NCBI GenBank assembly: GCA_002633005.1
Contig: NMRA01000110.1
Span: 684,448-748,447 of the forward strand
Length of the DNA: 64,000 nt
Origin: Phoronis australis
Taxonomy: Eukaryota; Animalia; Phoronida
Direction of reading: 5' to 3'
Under the pieces are notes generated by a model. The model saw only the letters and a program-made list of their open reading frames with translations, ran no database searches and had not been told where the DNA came from. Positions within the stretch are counted from its first letter, which is position 1, and every line of letters starts with the position of its first letter. Shown piece after piece: positions 24,382-35,833 of this stretch. The translations under genes and the position numbers were made by a program.

Positions 24382-27300
24382 ATGAATTACTCATCATTGC
24401 TGCAAGACGTCTTGATTCCAGCAGGTCTCAAGCTTGGTGGTTACCCTGACGATGTGTTTGTCAACATGACAGAGAAGGAAAGGGAAGAGTTTGAGTGTCA
24501 GATTTGGTAAGGCATTAGAAATATCAAGAAATGATATTCTTTTATTTGGTAAGGCATTAGAAATATCAAGCAATGATATTCTTTTATTTGGTAAGGCATT
24601 AGAAATATCAAGAAATGATATTCTTTTATTTGGTAAGGCATTAGAAATATCAAGAAATGATATTCTTTTATTTGGTAAGGCATTAGAAATATCAAGAAAT
24701 GATATTTCTTTTATTTAGCAAACACAGATGAATATCATATTAAACACATAGTTCATTTTGTCAATTTACAACACAAGTTGATTGTTTTAAAAATTAAAAT
24801 TTTTAGGTTACGGTTAACACTGTGGATTTGAAACACTCAATCTTTTAGAAAAAATGAAGAATTGTTTTCCTGATAATCTTGCGGTGCATTGGAAAAGTGT
24901 CCATGTGTTTGTAATGTGTTTCAACCTGTGTTATTCCCTTTCAGTTACATGGTGCTGAAAGACGCCCGTCAGTGTGACAATCACCATTATTTCTGTGCAC
25001 CCTGTATATTCTCCTGGTCAATTGGTCACGGTGAGAACCACGACAAGTGTCCAGTGTGTCGGACTGACAGTGCTTACAAGACATGCCCTGAAATAGATGA
25101 GAGACTGAGCCGCAAGCGTGTCCGCTGTATACAGCCCAAGTGTGAGTGGCGAGGGTTCTTGAGAGATTTCCGTTCACATGACCACGGTCTGGAGCTGGTT
25201 GGGGGACGTTCCGAGGAGATTTTACCCGAGGTCATCGCACAGTTGCCACAGCACCGTCCACCTACTCCACCGTCCTTTTTCTTCGGCGTTCCCCTGGTGC
25301 CATCGCATGACAACATGTTAGCTCATGCGGCTGCTGGTGGGCGCGGTCCCCGTTACCAACAGATGCGGTCCCATCTAGAGGAGGGTCGTGATCGACTCCT
25401 TGCCCTCATGTTGACCTTCAGCGAGGTGTTAGATATGCGTCGGAGGAACATTCTACAGTTCCACAACCACCGGGAGAACAATCGCGTCCAACAGATGCAA
25501 GAGGTACATCACCTTGGTGAGAGATTGGGTGATGTCGCCACTGCACTAATGTTTCTGCTGGAGGAGGCACGCACTGACATGAACCAGATGCATGACGACT
25601 TTCGTAACTTGCCTGACATTCCTGCTGGCCTCCATCCACTGTCTACTGGTGAATCGGAGGCATCAACCCCACGCAGGACACAATCCACTGCCAGAACGCC
25701 CGTCGGTCACAATACAGGTGTACAAGGGGCCCAGTCCCTGCGTGCAGCCTTTAACCCCAGTCTGAGTCACGTGACCACACGCACCAGCTCATTCCCATTA
25801 ATTGGTAACATGACTCCCAATAGTGATGTCTCCTCGCCGCGATCCAGCGACGGTGCATCAACCATCTTGGAGAGTTCTTCTGGTGTTACGCGCAGTCTGG
25901 CATCTGGCGTCAACTCCTCGCGGTTTACTGACACAGCCTCAAGGATAAGTGTAGCACCTGTACGCACTACCAGCTCAAGCCTGGGTACCATATCTGACAG
26001 AATATTGGACACAACCCCGCGCAGTAGAACCAGCACCTCTTTGTCGTTGGCAGAGAACGACTCTGGGCCAGAAGAGGAAGAGGTTCCACACATGAGCACG
26101 CGAGCGAGCATTTCACGTTACCGTCGCAGAATGATTAGACGACAGTTAGGGGATCGTTCCCCTAATGTGTTGGCTCAATCCACCCAACCCTTACCTCAGA
26201 TAAGTAGCCCCACTGTGCCTGTTTCATTAGCACCTTTGCCTGCACCACAAGTGCTGCCCACTTCTTCACAGCCGGCACCAGCACCAACAAATGTTGTGTC
26301 ATCCACCAACACTATTGCCTCCAGTAGTACAAGTGAAACATCACCAGAGGGCAGGACACAAGGTCGGGACTGGGGCACATTCACAGTTAGTGCTAGCTAC
26401 CCTAACAGTGTGGCTAGTGATAATGGTGAGAGGAACTCTCTGCAGGCTGATAGTGGGGCTTCTGCTGCTGTTGATGGCAACTTTGTAGCCAGTAGTGGAA
26501 TAGGTACAAGCTCCTCCACCGTCCAGGGCAGGAGAGCTGCTGGAAGTAGTGCTCAGCGCTCGGATCTCAATCGATCTGATGGTAACTCTCTAACTGTTGT
26601 AGTATCTACCGCTAACAGGCACTCAGGAAGGGCTTCTAGTGCCAGTTCAACAACCGACACTGCTTCAACTGCGCCCACAGTTGTAACGTCCTCCACAACA
26701 GCTTCCCGTCTGGTCTACTCTAGTGCTAACCCTATCACCAGCACAAGCTCCAGGCCACCTGCTCCCCGAGGTAGGAGAACTCTCCCAGGTTCAGTGTTGA
26801 CTTCGAGCGAAGGGCAGACATTAGGAACAACTGCGCGGCTTTTGAATAGAAATCAAGAGAGTAATAGTGGCCTGATTCAAAGAGAAAACACTGAATCCTC
26901 TGAGAACACTGTATCTATGAGGGCTGCTGTACGACGACCCTCTGGGGCGGGTATTAGCCGTCCAAGACCACCTGTTGAGTCTTCACCAAGTGCGGCTGCT
27001 GGACTCCCTCGACGAACAGTGAACGGTAGTACAAATGTAGGCGCTCAAAGAAACGTAGCGCAAAGCTCAAGTAACGGTGTGCGTAGGCCAAATGTGGACA
27101 ATTTGCCAAGAGCTGGCCTTCACCGTAGGACAAACAACGATTTAAACAATAGCAATAACAACCTCACAAGAAGGTTGAGCACGGACGCACCTTCATTGGG
27201 AACTGTGACTCGTCGACGGACTAATAATGAGAGTCGACGGTTGAGCTTAGATATGAATCCAAATCCTAATCGTAGAATCTCAGTTGTTCCGGGCAATACC

Positions 27301-27387
27301 GTATCACGTACGGCGAGACGGGCTTCCAACGATAACAGAATATCGGGAAAATCTACTCAGAGCTCTAGCAACCCTAATAATTCGTAA
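24382..27387 (+). CDS. RING finger (C3HC4) + TRAF-type zinc-finger-like E3 ubiquitin ligase candidate with helical middle region and long Ser/Thr/Arg-rich disordered C-terminus (about 855 aa)
   Basis: Exon 24382-24506 (MNYSSLLQDVLIPAGLKLGGYPDDVFVNMTEKEREEFECQI, TG|gtaagg) joins exon 24945-27387 (ttcag|T). This gives CQICYMVLKDARQCDNHHYFCAPCIFSW...KCPVCR, followed by VRCIQPKCEWRGFLRDFRSH. GY..F...ECxIC plus CxxxxCxWxG is the N-terminal layout of TRAF/RNF41/PDZRN3/RNF151-type proteins. Confidence 0.88.
24503..24716 (+). repeat. 42-bp minisatellite, 5 copies, each containing the RING-gene 5' splice site
   Basis: Unit tttggtaaggcattagaaatatcaagaaatgatattctttta starts at 24503, 24545, 24587, 24629 and 24671. 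Confidence 0.95.
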
Positions 27388-28719
27388 TGTAATTTGTGGT
27401 TGGGAGGTGGATTGTGATATCAAGGGAAATTGTGCATGGTTTGTAAATTATGTCTTGTAAATATTGAGTGACATTATATTGTAAATATGGTTGTTATGTC
27501 TACTACAGGCGGGGATGTTTGGCCGTTGGCACTAATCAGAGTTGGAACCAGGATTTTTTAAAACGGGGTGTGGGATCTGCAAGGATTTTTTAAAGAGGTC
27601 CGAGTCAACAATTTGAAAATTCTGGATTTGAGAACACTAAAATCAAGGGAAAAGGGGGGTGCGGACCCCCTTGACCCCCTGGATCCACCAATGACGTTTT
27701 TGAAGTGAGGGTTCAGTTCTATAAGACAGTGTTCTGGTGTTCATAACAGGAGTGTACTCGCTTCCAAGCGTGCCTCATCGTCATCTTATCCCTTATTTGA
27801 AGTCTGGTTACAATGAATGGATTGTGTTTTATCAAAGCTGTCTTATCCAAGACGGTCGTCGGCATGTTATTTCGAACGCGAGGCTGCAAGATACTAACGT
27901 CATGTTGAACATATTCCACAGTCAGACTTAACAACCGTCTTCGACTGGAACTTTGAACTGTGATCAAATTGAAATCGAATTGACCCAAGGAGCACTCGTC
28001 CTATGGGTAGGGTAATCTTTGCTTCCAAAATTTTCGGGCTGACGTGTATACTTCAGTAGCCAAAATGAAAAAATGTGACCCATGTCTATATACCTAAATC
28101 TGGATTTGTGCACCCATTTGTGTACTGTTTGAAAAGGCTTAATTGACAAAAATTAGTACGTCACCTAGGAAAAGTGTGCTTTGTACCTCCTGACTTGCGA
28201 TTTCTTAAAATCACACCTTTTTTACCATGTAGTGTTGGCAGATCGAAACTCACATCTAATGCAAATAGTGATCTCGCATTTCATCCCAATTTTTAAAACC
28301 TGAAATCCAAAATTTATAGAAAATTACTTAAGAGCTAGACCAGTTTCAACACTGGCACCCACTCTAGAAGCACGTTCCAAAAACCAGCCGCCCTCTTAGA
28401 GGCACGCCCAACTACATTACAGTGATCGCTCCCTAAGGGCGACTAGGTTGCCACTGTCTTAGCTAAGATACATGTAGGACTTTTAAGTAAAAGGTCTTTG
28501 GTAACTCTAATTGGATTTCCATAACGGCCATACTGCTTCCGGGGATGAAAGTAAGCCCCGGTGTGATGAACATTTTAATAAACCTGGCGTCAACTGTCTG
28601 TTCTTTTCAAGCTTAGAAAACGACAACACTGATTTTATATTCGGCAAGTGAACTAAATAGAAAGGTATAAGAAATAGTAAAGGATGCGGGTTTTTAATAG
28701 ATGCGCAGCTGCATACAAG

Positions 28720-29100
28720 CCTCGACTTGCGTCACAACACAGCTTGAGGACGATGTGTTGATGAAAAGTTGTCAGAGCTGCATCTCCGTCGTCTGTCCCT
28801 GGCACAAAACTGACGCCAGCGTTGGAGACTGGACTCGTGACATCAGATTGTTGAATGTAGGCAACGTCAAGAGAAGACTTGTCAGAGTCCGGAATAGCTT
28901 TTGATTTGACCAACACTTGGGTGACTCAGTAGATTATCTACTAAGACTTGGTTCGGCGCTGGTCTAGTATATGCTTTTGAAATTGTTGGCAAATTCATGG
29001 GCGATCTGGTCAGGAGATAAGATATCGTCGTTAAAAGGATACCGAACCCGGTTTTGGCCCATCCACACATACTAAAGCCGTCTTTCCCATCAAGTATTTT
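28720..29100 (-). mobile_element. Possible highly decayed non-LTR retrotransposon ORF2 fragment
   Basis: Interrupted frames give DDILSPDQIAHEFANNFKSIY and ...IQQSDV...FVPGTDD. These resemble the 'IAxxFxxxFxxI...PGxDG' segment upstream of LINE reverse transcriptases. Weak similarity only. Confidence 0.3.
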
Positions 29101-31757
29101 GAAACGAAATAATGCTCTGTAACCGTCAGCAACATTCAAAAGTTGGAGGACATTTTCAAGTTGAAAACTCCGTTCAAAATCCTGCTAAACTGGCAAGCGC
29201 GACCTACGCTTTTAGCAGTGCATTACTACAGCAAATGCAGGGAGAAGACCACTCACCAACTAACATAATGTCCAATCTGTAACGTAAGGAGCATGAGCTT
29301 TTAATTGATTTTTGCCTTTAATTGATGCAAATGGATTGACGGAGTTCCCGCCTTAGTCAGTGTCTTGCCGTCACGTGAGTGTCAGTTGTGGGAAATATTA
29401 GGATTCAAAATTACCTCAGAGTTTCGGTTCACTCTTAATAATGTTCTCAAACTGGTTAAGAAGTGCAACTATACTTGTGGTAATTATTGTGAAAAAAGAA
29501 CTGTAACAGCGTATTGGAGAATAAGCGCAAAGATAAGTTGGCCAACAGATGGAGCCCTACTTCATGGCGCTAAAAATTAGCACCAGAATTCAAAGCAGCA
29601 TTGAACCCGTGCTTTCTATAAAAAACATGTTTTGATTTTGGTGACTTACAGTAATGAAGTTAGTCTCAAATTGGGTTGGAATGATCTTGTGTATAAGTCT
29701 ATGTAGGCGTCCGTAACGGAAAAACTATCACCACCACCTAAATAAAGGAACATATGACAAACTTAAATGTCAAACTTAAATGGGTTACAAGAAAGTCGCT
29801 TCCAATCAAAGTGGTGGCTGAAATTCTTTTGAAAGCAGATTAATTACGTTGCACTATGTGTTACTTTTGTTATTTGTATGTGTTGTCAAAGGGCATTATC
29901 GTGTTTTTGGCCGGAAACGCAATTTTGGAATTAGTCGTTGAATAGAATACACTTTTTGAAGCCATTAGCTTTGACCAGAGCAATATGAACTTCCTTGTAC
30001 TTTCACGATGATTTTGTTACCTAACGCCAGTTGTCAGCCTTGCCTGCCGCAATCATCATAGACTATAGTTGTCTATAATCTATGCCGTAATGAAGGTGGG
30101 TGATTTTACGGAGATACCCTTTAAAATGCTCTGCCATCTGAGCGGGATTTTGTTCAGGAGAATTTCGGGTTCGATTCCGCACTGAGGATGGCGAATTTAC
30201 TCTGAAAAGAACAATTTTGTTGTGGATAATGTCACAATAATTATATTTCCCGGTTTATTGATATTGATTGATATTCTTACGACGACGCTCGTACCTCAAG
30301 GTACAGCGTTTCAGCTTCTAGTATACATAAAGTTACGACAAACTTTTTTTCTTTTGTTTCAATTTGGTCCCCATCTTGCTTTCTACTTTCAGAAAATGCG
30401 CTTTTATTAGAATAAGTGCTATCGTACGCGTTGTGTTCGTATTTGGCTAAATGTAGTGCACAAATTTGTCGATAAGTTCTTAAATTCAGAGAGATATGTG
30501 GACGCCACTTTTCACATTTTCCTCTCATGATGTACAGTAATTATGATCTACTTGTTCTTGTGATCTTGATATTTGCTCAGATCGCGTTTATCGTCGTTTA
30601 TCGTCGTTTCGCGTATCAAGCCATAAAACCACGGCACGTTGCTGTCACAGACCACTTGAACCTCGCATGAAAAATTTAAACATTTGATTGAGCTCCTGAA
30701 AACGTATGTTTGGACTAATATTGAACAAGTTGTATTAATTTTAACTATATCTGCTTCAAAGGTGGATATTTGTTGCACGCTTGAATAGCGTACTGCTTTT
30801 CACAATCCAGTTGTTCCCATATCCTCATCCATTCATCCCATGTTTGTGTCGATCCGTCTAGACCGACCAAAGTCTGTCCTTTCCATCCGGGCCACCCAAC
30901 TACAACACGTGATTCCAACTGAGCCACGGCAAGAGAAAGCTACTTCACGGTATGTTGGATTTGAATAAAGACTTCTTTCCGCGAAAAAAGTGGCATATTG
31001 ACGTGTCGCGGAAGTAGTTTCGAGCACCGGAAAACTTATTCTCATTCGTTGTAGGCAATTATATCATCTCGAATGCCTAAGGCATACACAGGCACCTGTC
31101 AAGCGGGCAGAGGGGATACGTGTTAATATTGTTGTGAACGACCAGTGCACGGTTGCATGAAACAGTGAGTCCCAAAGAGAGGGACTCAACTAAGTTCCCT
31201 AAATCTATTGCGAATTTGTGGACTTGTGAAAACATTGATGACCTTTCTATGGCCGTTTTTCTATAATTTGTCATACTAAGAACAATTAGACTTTGATACA
31301 AATCGAGAGTTGAATGAACATTTATTGAAAACATTTAGCGATCTTTTCATGCAACGCCCCTACTTTAGGGAATGAGTCCCTTTGATTTTCATTGATTCAG
31401 AACAAGAGGAGCTGTTTTAGTTATGTTATTAGTCACTAGCGAAGACTAAAGATACAGTGATAATAAACTGTGAGTAATTTTGAAAACGACACAAATATGC
31501 AAAAGATTTAGGGGAACTTCATGAGTCCCGGTCACGCAACCGGGTACAGGGTGCTTAGATTTTCAAAACTGACGCTACCACTGAAGAACTTTCTACCTAA
31601 CATGAAATCACTGTAATGATACACGACGAAACATGCGATCACACGTACGCGTTGACGATTATGACGTCACTTATGAACGCAAAGAAGCTTTTGGAAAATC
31701 TCACCTGAGATCCTTGTCCGTTGTGTGTTGAAAGGGGCTGACTTACCACCAGTGGAC

Positions 31758-34700
31758 ATGGCCCAAACAACTGAATCAGAACTGGAAAAACATTTCGAAA
31801 CTTTCTGTAATTTTGGAATTCATCACCCGGGAACGGACAGAAAACAGACTTTGAACGACAAAAACTTGGTAAAATGTTTGAAGGATTCAAGAATAATTGG
31901 AAAGGTAGTAACATCAACTGATGTCGACATCGCTTTCAGCAAATACAAGGATAAAGGGAAAAAGTAAGTTTTAACATGTTCGGTTGATGATAATGATCCA
32001 ACGTGTAAGAGTAGAATTTAAAGTTCTTTGTTGCTTTTCGTTAGTTAAGACGCGATTTTGGTATACGCTGGTTCGTTAGCACAGTCACACGGGTTACCCT
32101 ATGGAGATTAGATGCTCTTGGGTGCAAACCATCCGAACTCAATAGCTGCCTAGGACCTCAAAGCTACTTGATAAGACTTCATAAACGGAACACTTTGCTG
32201 ACAGAAATGGTTTAATTATCACGGAAGGCGGCGTGCTGGTTTGGACACCATATAATGTTGATTACTGAGCCTTACCGCTTGCGGTGACACCTAGAGGTAA
32301 ACCTCGAGGATTGAAAGTTGCAAGCACGGGGACCGCTTTAGGTTATTCCGCGTCAACAAAAACGATTAATACGCAAACATATGCTTTAACGTTGGCGATG
32401 ATCACATTTACAGACATCCCAGATGAGGCCTACTAAAACCGGGACAATTTCACCGTCCCTTGATAATTTAGGCCCATTTCAAACTAGAATCTACTTTTCC
32501 GTAGAACACTTTAGTGACATGTTTCAGGGAGATCACCTTCGACCAGTTCAAATCCGTTCTATTGGAAATTGCGCCCAAATATCAGAAACAGGCAGGCCTC
32601 GGTTCCAAAGAGAATGCGCTTCAGGAAATGATGGATAAAATCGCCGGCAGTGGCCCGTCATTGGCCGGAACAACCAAGATGAGTGCGACAGGTAACCAAT
32701 TGTTCTTTGAAATAAGACAGTAAATTAAGGGAAAATAAACTGAAAAATAAAGATGCAGTAGACGCCGTCATCGTAATCTTGATGCAAAGCTCTATAAATA
32801 TGCAGTTTTGCACCAATGTGGGTAAAAAAGGAACAAGAAAACCTGACAAAATTAATGTCATTAAAAGCTACACTCTTCCTTGAGTAAACTAAATTAGTCA
32901 ACAGTCATGCCGTTCTGCCGATATTCTGCTGCTAAATTTGAGAAGCGATAAGATGCGTCAGCACGCGCCATTTGCTTTTAGTGCGACATCTTTCGCCAAG
33001 ATGGCGACTGCTTCGCCGAGACAAAATGTGCTCTAAGATTCGGTTTGCTGTCGATAATTTGTTTTGGTATGTACGCCACCTCATGGAAGAAGAGTTAACT
33101 AAGAATCTTCGGCGAAAATAGAAACCCCTTTATAATTTCATGGTGCCGAAAGCCGACACATAACAAATAAGATCATCGCTCCACAACTTTCGCAGCAGAA
33201 AAACGATAGAACGCCAATTTTTCTATAACCGAGTGTAGATTTTAATGACACTGATTTTATGTCAGATTTTACTTGGCCATTTTCACCCATATCGGTGCAA
33301 AGCTGTATTTTTACACAGCTTTGCACCAGTGCCAAACAGTTTGATGCATTTATCAGAGTTGAACGTGGTACAAAGAACAAATTGATTACACTGATGTTCC
33401 ATAGATGTCCAAAAGAGATGAACTTAGGAAGCGCGGTATGTGAACGTAATCTATTTGAAATATGCCTGCAAACGATGTTTATTGATTTGCGAGAAGGCAC
33501 GTGGGTTGTTCAACGTCAGTACTTGTCTACCAAGGTGTTCCGTCAAAATTGGAATCCCGGTGTAATATAGATATCCCGGAGTCGAAAACAGGCTCCCGCA
33601 CCTTCAAAACAGCTAACTGGCCCGAAAAACACCAACCCCGACATTTAAAACACGATCTCCGACTATTAAAACAGGAAACTGGGGGATCGGACAGGAAACC
33701 CAGTTTTACAAATTTTCTAAGACGATATCAATAGCCTCAAACTTTGAATTAAACCATATTCAAACTCTCTCCACTTCTTTCCTGCATTTAAAAATTGTCA
33801 ATAATAAAACGTAACTTATGTTACCGGTATATTGACTTTTTATTTTGATTTTTATCGGTGGAACTTGTCTGTGGGAGAATTTTCAACATAACCTATGATT
33901 TCAGCACGTTATTTCGGTCAATATTTAGTTAATATCAGATTATTCAATAGTTTCTCCAAAAATATTTTCACAAACGGAAAACAAAAATATTATTTCGACT
34001 TCCGAGTGCCATGATTTTTGATTAATTTGCTGTGACGTGTACACAACCTCGTGGAACAGTTGAATGAAGAGTTGGGAAACAAAGAAACTGGCCAATAGGT
34101 GACACAATATTTTATGGCTTCAAAAGCCGACGAAAAAGATGGCACCATAAATCAAGCGGAATAATGTAGAACCCCAATCCGTCATAAGTTGTCTAAAATT
34201 TTCATATAGTAAAAATATCACAACAACTATTTAAAGTATTTTGTTATCGGTCCCCGGTGTCCTGTCCTATCCCCGGGGTTCCCGTTGGAAAGCTCGGGGT
34301 TCGTGTTTTTTGGGCTGGTTAGCTGTTTTGAAGGTGCGGGAGCCTGTATTCGACTCTGGGATATTTGTTTGCAGCGGGGTTCCTGTTTCGATGGAACACC
34401 TTGATCACCGTGCGTCGCAATTTTCATCGGTAAATCTCTGCTGTTCTTAGGGCAGTAAAAGTGCTTTTTCTGGAACGTGTCTTGGATCAATGTTTTAGAT
34501 AAACCCAAAATGAACGAGCACAATCACATTTGGCGATGTACACGCCAATTTACTCCACCACGAGACTGCACACCAACCGTAAAATACAGTTTTCCTACCG
34601 TTGTATACGTCCTCTACCGTTATATACGGCCTCTACCGTTGTATGCGTCCTCTATCGTTATATACAGTCTCTATCGTTATACGCCCTCTACCGTTGTATA

Positions 34701-35833
34701 CGGATTGGCTTTACTCCCCGTTCTTCATAGTAAATAACGTGAAGTATACAATACCCGTATTTTAACGAATACGGGTTAAAAGTGCATTCAACTTTTAACT
34801 GCATTGTACAAATGGGGAAACAAAATACAGTTTTGATTTTTTCATCATTTCATTCACAAGAGGCTCTAAAGGTGTCTATATATGTGTTTACGCCTACACA
34901 CGAATAGCTTTTTACAAAGGCACTGTTTCAGTCTATGCATGCATAGCTTTGTGCAAAGTCGGTGAGCTCTGACGACCGGCTTCCACTTGAATAGAACGTT
35001 AATTTCAACATCTAGTTGCTGTAGATATCTGTTAATTAAAGAGGCATGTCAAAAATATCTTTTAAACAATTCCTGGCGAAAGTACCCTCTCGCAACATCT
35101 AGTACATAGTGTAATTCAATTTCCCCCGTGAGGAAATTTCCAAAAATTATCATGACATTTACGATGTTTGAAATACGCGTAAAGGAAAAACTCTGTGGTT
35201 ACCACAGAGCTACTGATCTCCCTTCCACTTATGAAAAATCCCCGCACGCTCTCACAGTCAGGTGCTTGAAGTCGTTTGAGATCAAAGGTCACATTCTCTA
35301 TATACGGGAAATCTGCTACGTCTACATCTTGCCTTACCAAACAAGGAGACGTGCTTTGCCTTGTGGGGGGAAATCAACGAAGTGGCGAGCAGTTGACAGA
35401 TTTTTTTTTGAAATTTGAGAGTAAAAGAAAATGCTTTGATATCAGGCAAAATTAAAACTTTTTACTAACAAACTCAAAAAATACCTTGTGAGTAGGTTGA
35501 ATTCTGAGAACCACTTTCAGTATTGCAATTTAGTCTGCTTATCGAGTTCCAGGGCTCTTTAATAGGCTAACAATTGTCTAAAAATCTTTTCAAATTACCA
35601 AAGAAATGTCAATAACTTTGAATACGATAAAAACAAGACATTGGAAACTTTCAGGGAACGTAGAACGTATGACGGACACGACGCTTTACACTGGTTCGCA
35701 TAAGGAGAGATTTGATGAAGAGGGCAAAGGTCGCGGCATTGAAGGTCGAAAAAACATTGTGGAGAACGAAGGTTACGTAGGCCAGTACAAGGGAAAAGAC
35801 ACGTACGATAAAACACACCCCTCACCGAGATAA
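31758..35833 (+). CDS. TPPP: Tubulin polymerization-promoting protein (p25-alpha domain), 182 aa
   Basis: Exons 31758-31963, 32528-32691 and 35655-35833, with phases 2 and 1 consistent. Motifs: [72 protein letters not shown]. Confidence 0.95.
32780..33328. mobile_element. MITE of about 550 bp with about 95-bp imperfect terminal inverted repeats, in TPPP intron 2
   Basis: 32780-32875 is an imperfect reverse complement of 33231-33328. Each end itself contains a hairpin (gcaaagctgt...acagctttgc). Other family copies occur in the window. Confidence 0.75.
33531..34403. mobile_element. Foldback/non-autonomous DNA element, or two inverted copies of one repeat, with about 150-bp inverted arms
   Basis: caaggtgttcc...caggctcccgcaccttcaaaacagctaac... 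at 33531-33700 is mirrored at 34250-34403. No clear TSD. Confidence 0.65.
34594..34702. repeat. Degenerate 18-20-bp tandem repeat (cctctaccgttgtatacg), about 6 copies
   Basis: Direct tandem units. Confidence 0.85.

Noticed and set aside
24491-24718. CRISPR-like array or repeat protein (FGKALEISRNDILL)n
   Set aside because: Head-to-tail units with no unique spacers, in a eukaryotic intron. The ORF is a by-product of the 42-bp period.
24889-24944. ORF-track N-terminus of the 832-aa ORF
   Set aside because: Intronic polypyrimidine tract. The true N-terminus, with the first two RING cysteines, comes from exon 24382-24506.
30125-30190. tRNA gene (B-box GGTTCGATTCC)
   Set aside because: No A-box or cloverleaf could be built. 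At most a SINE remnant. The same applies to 48355-48425 on the minus strand.
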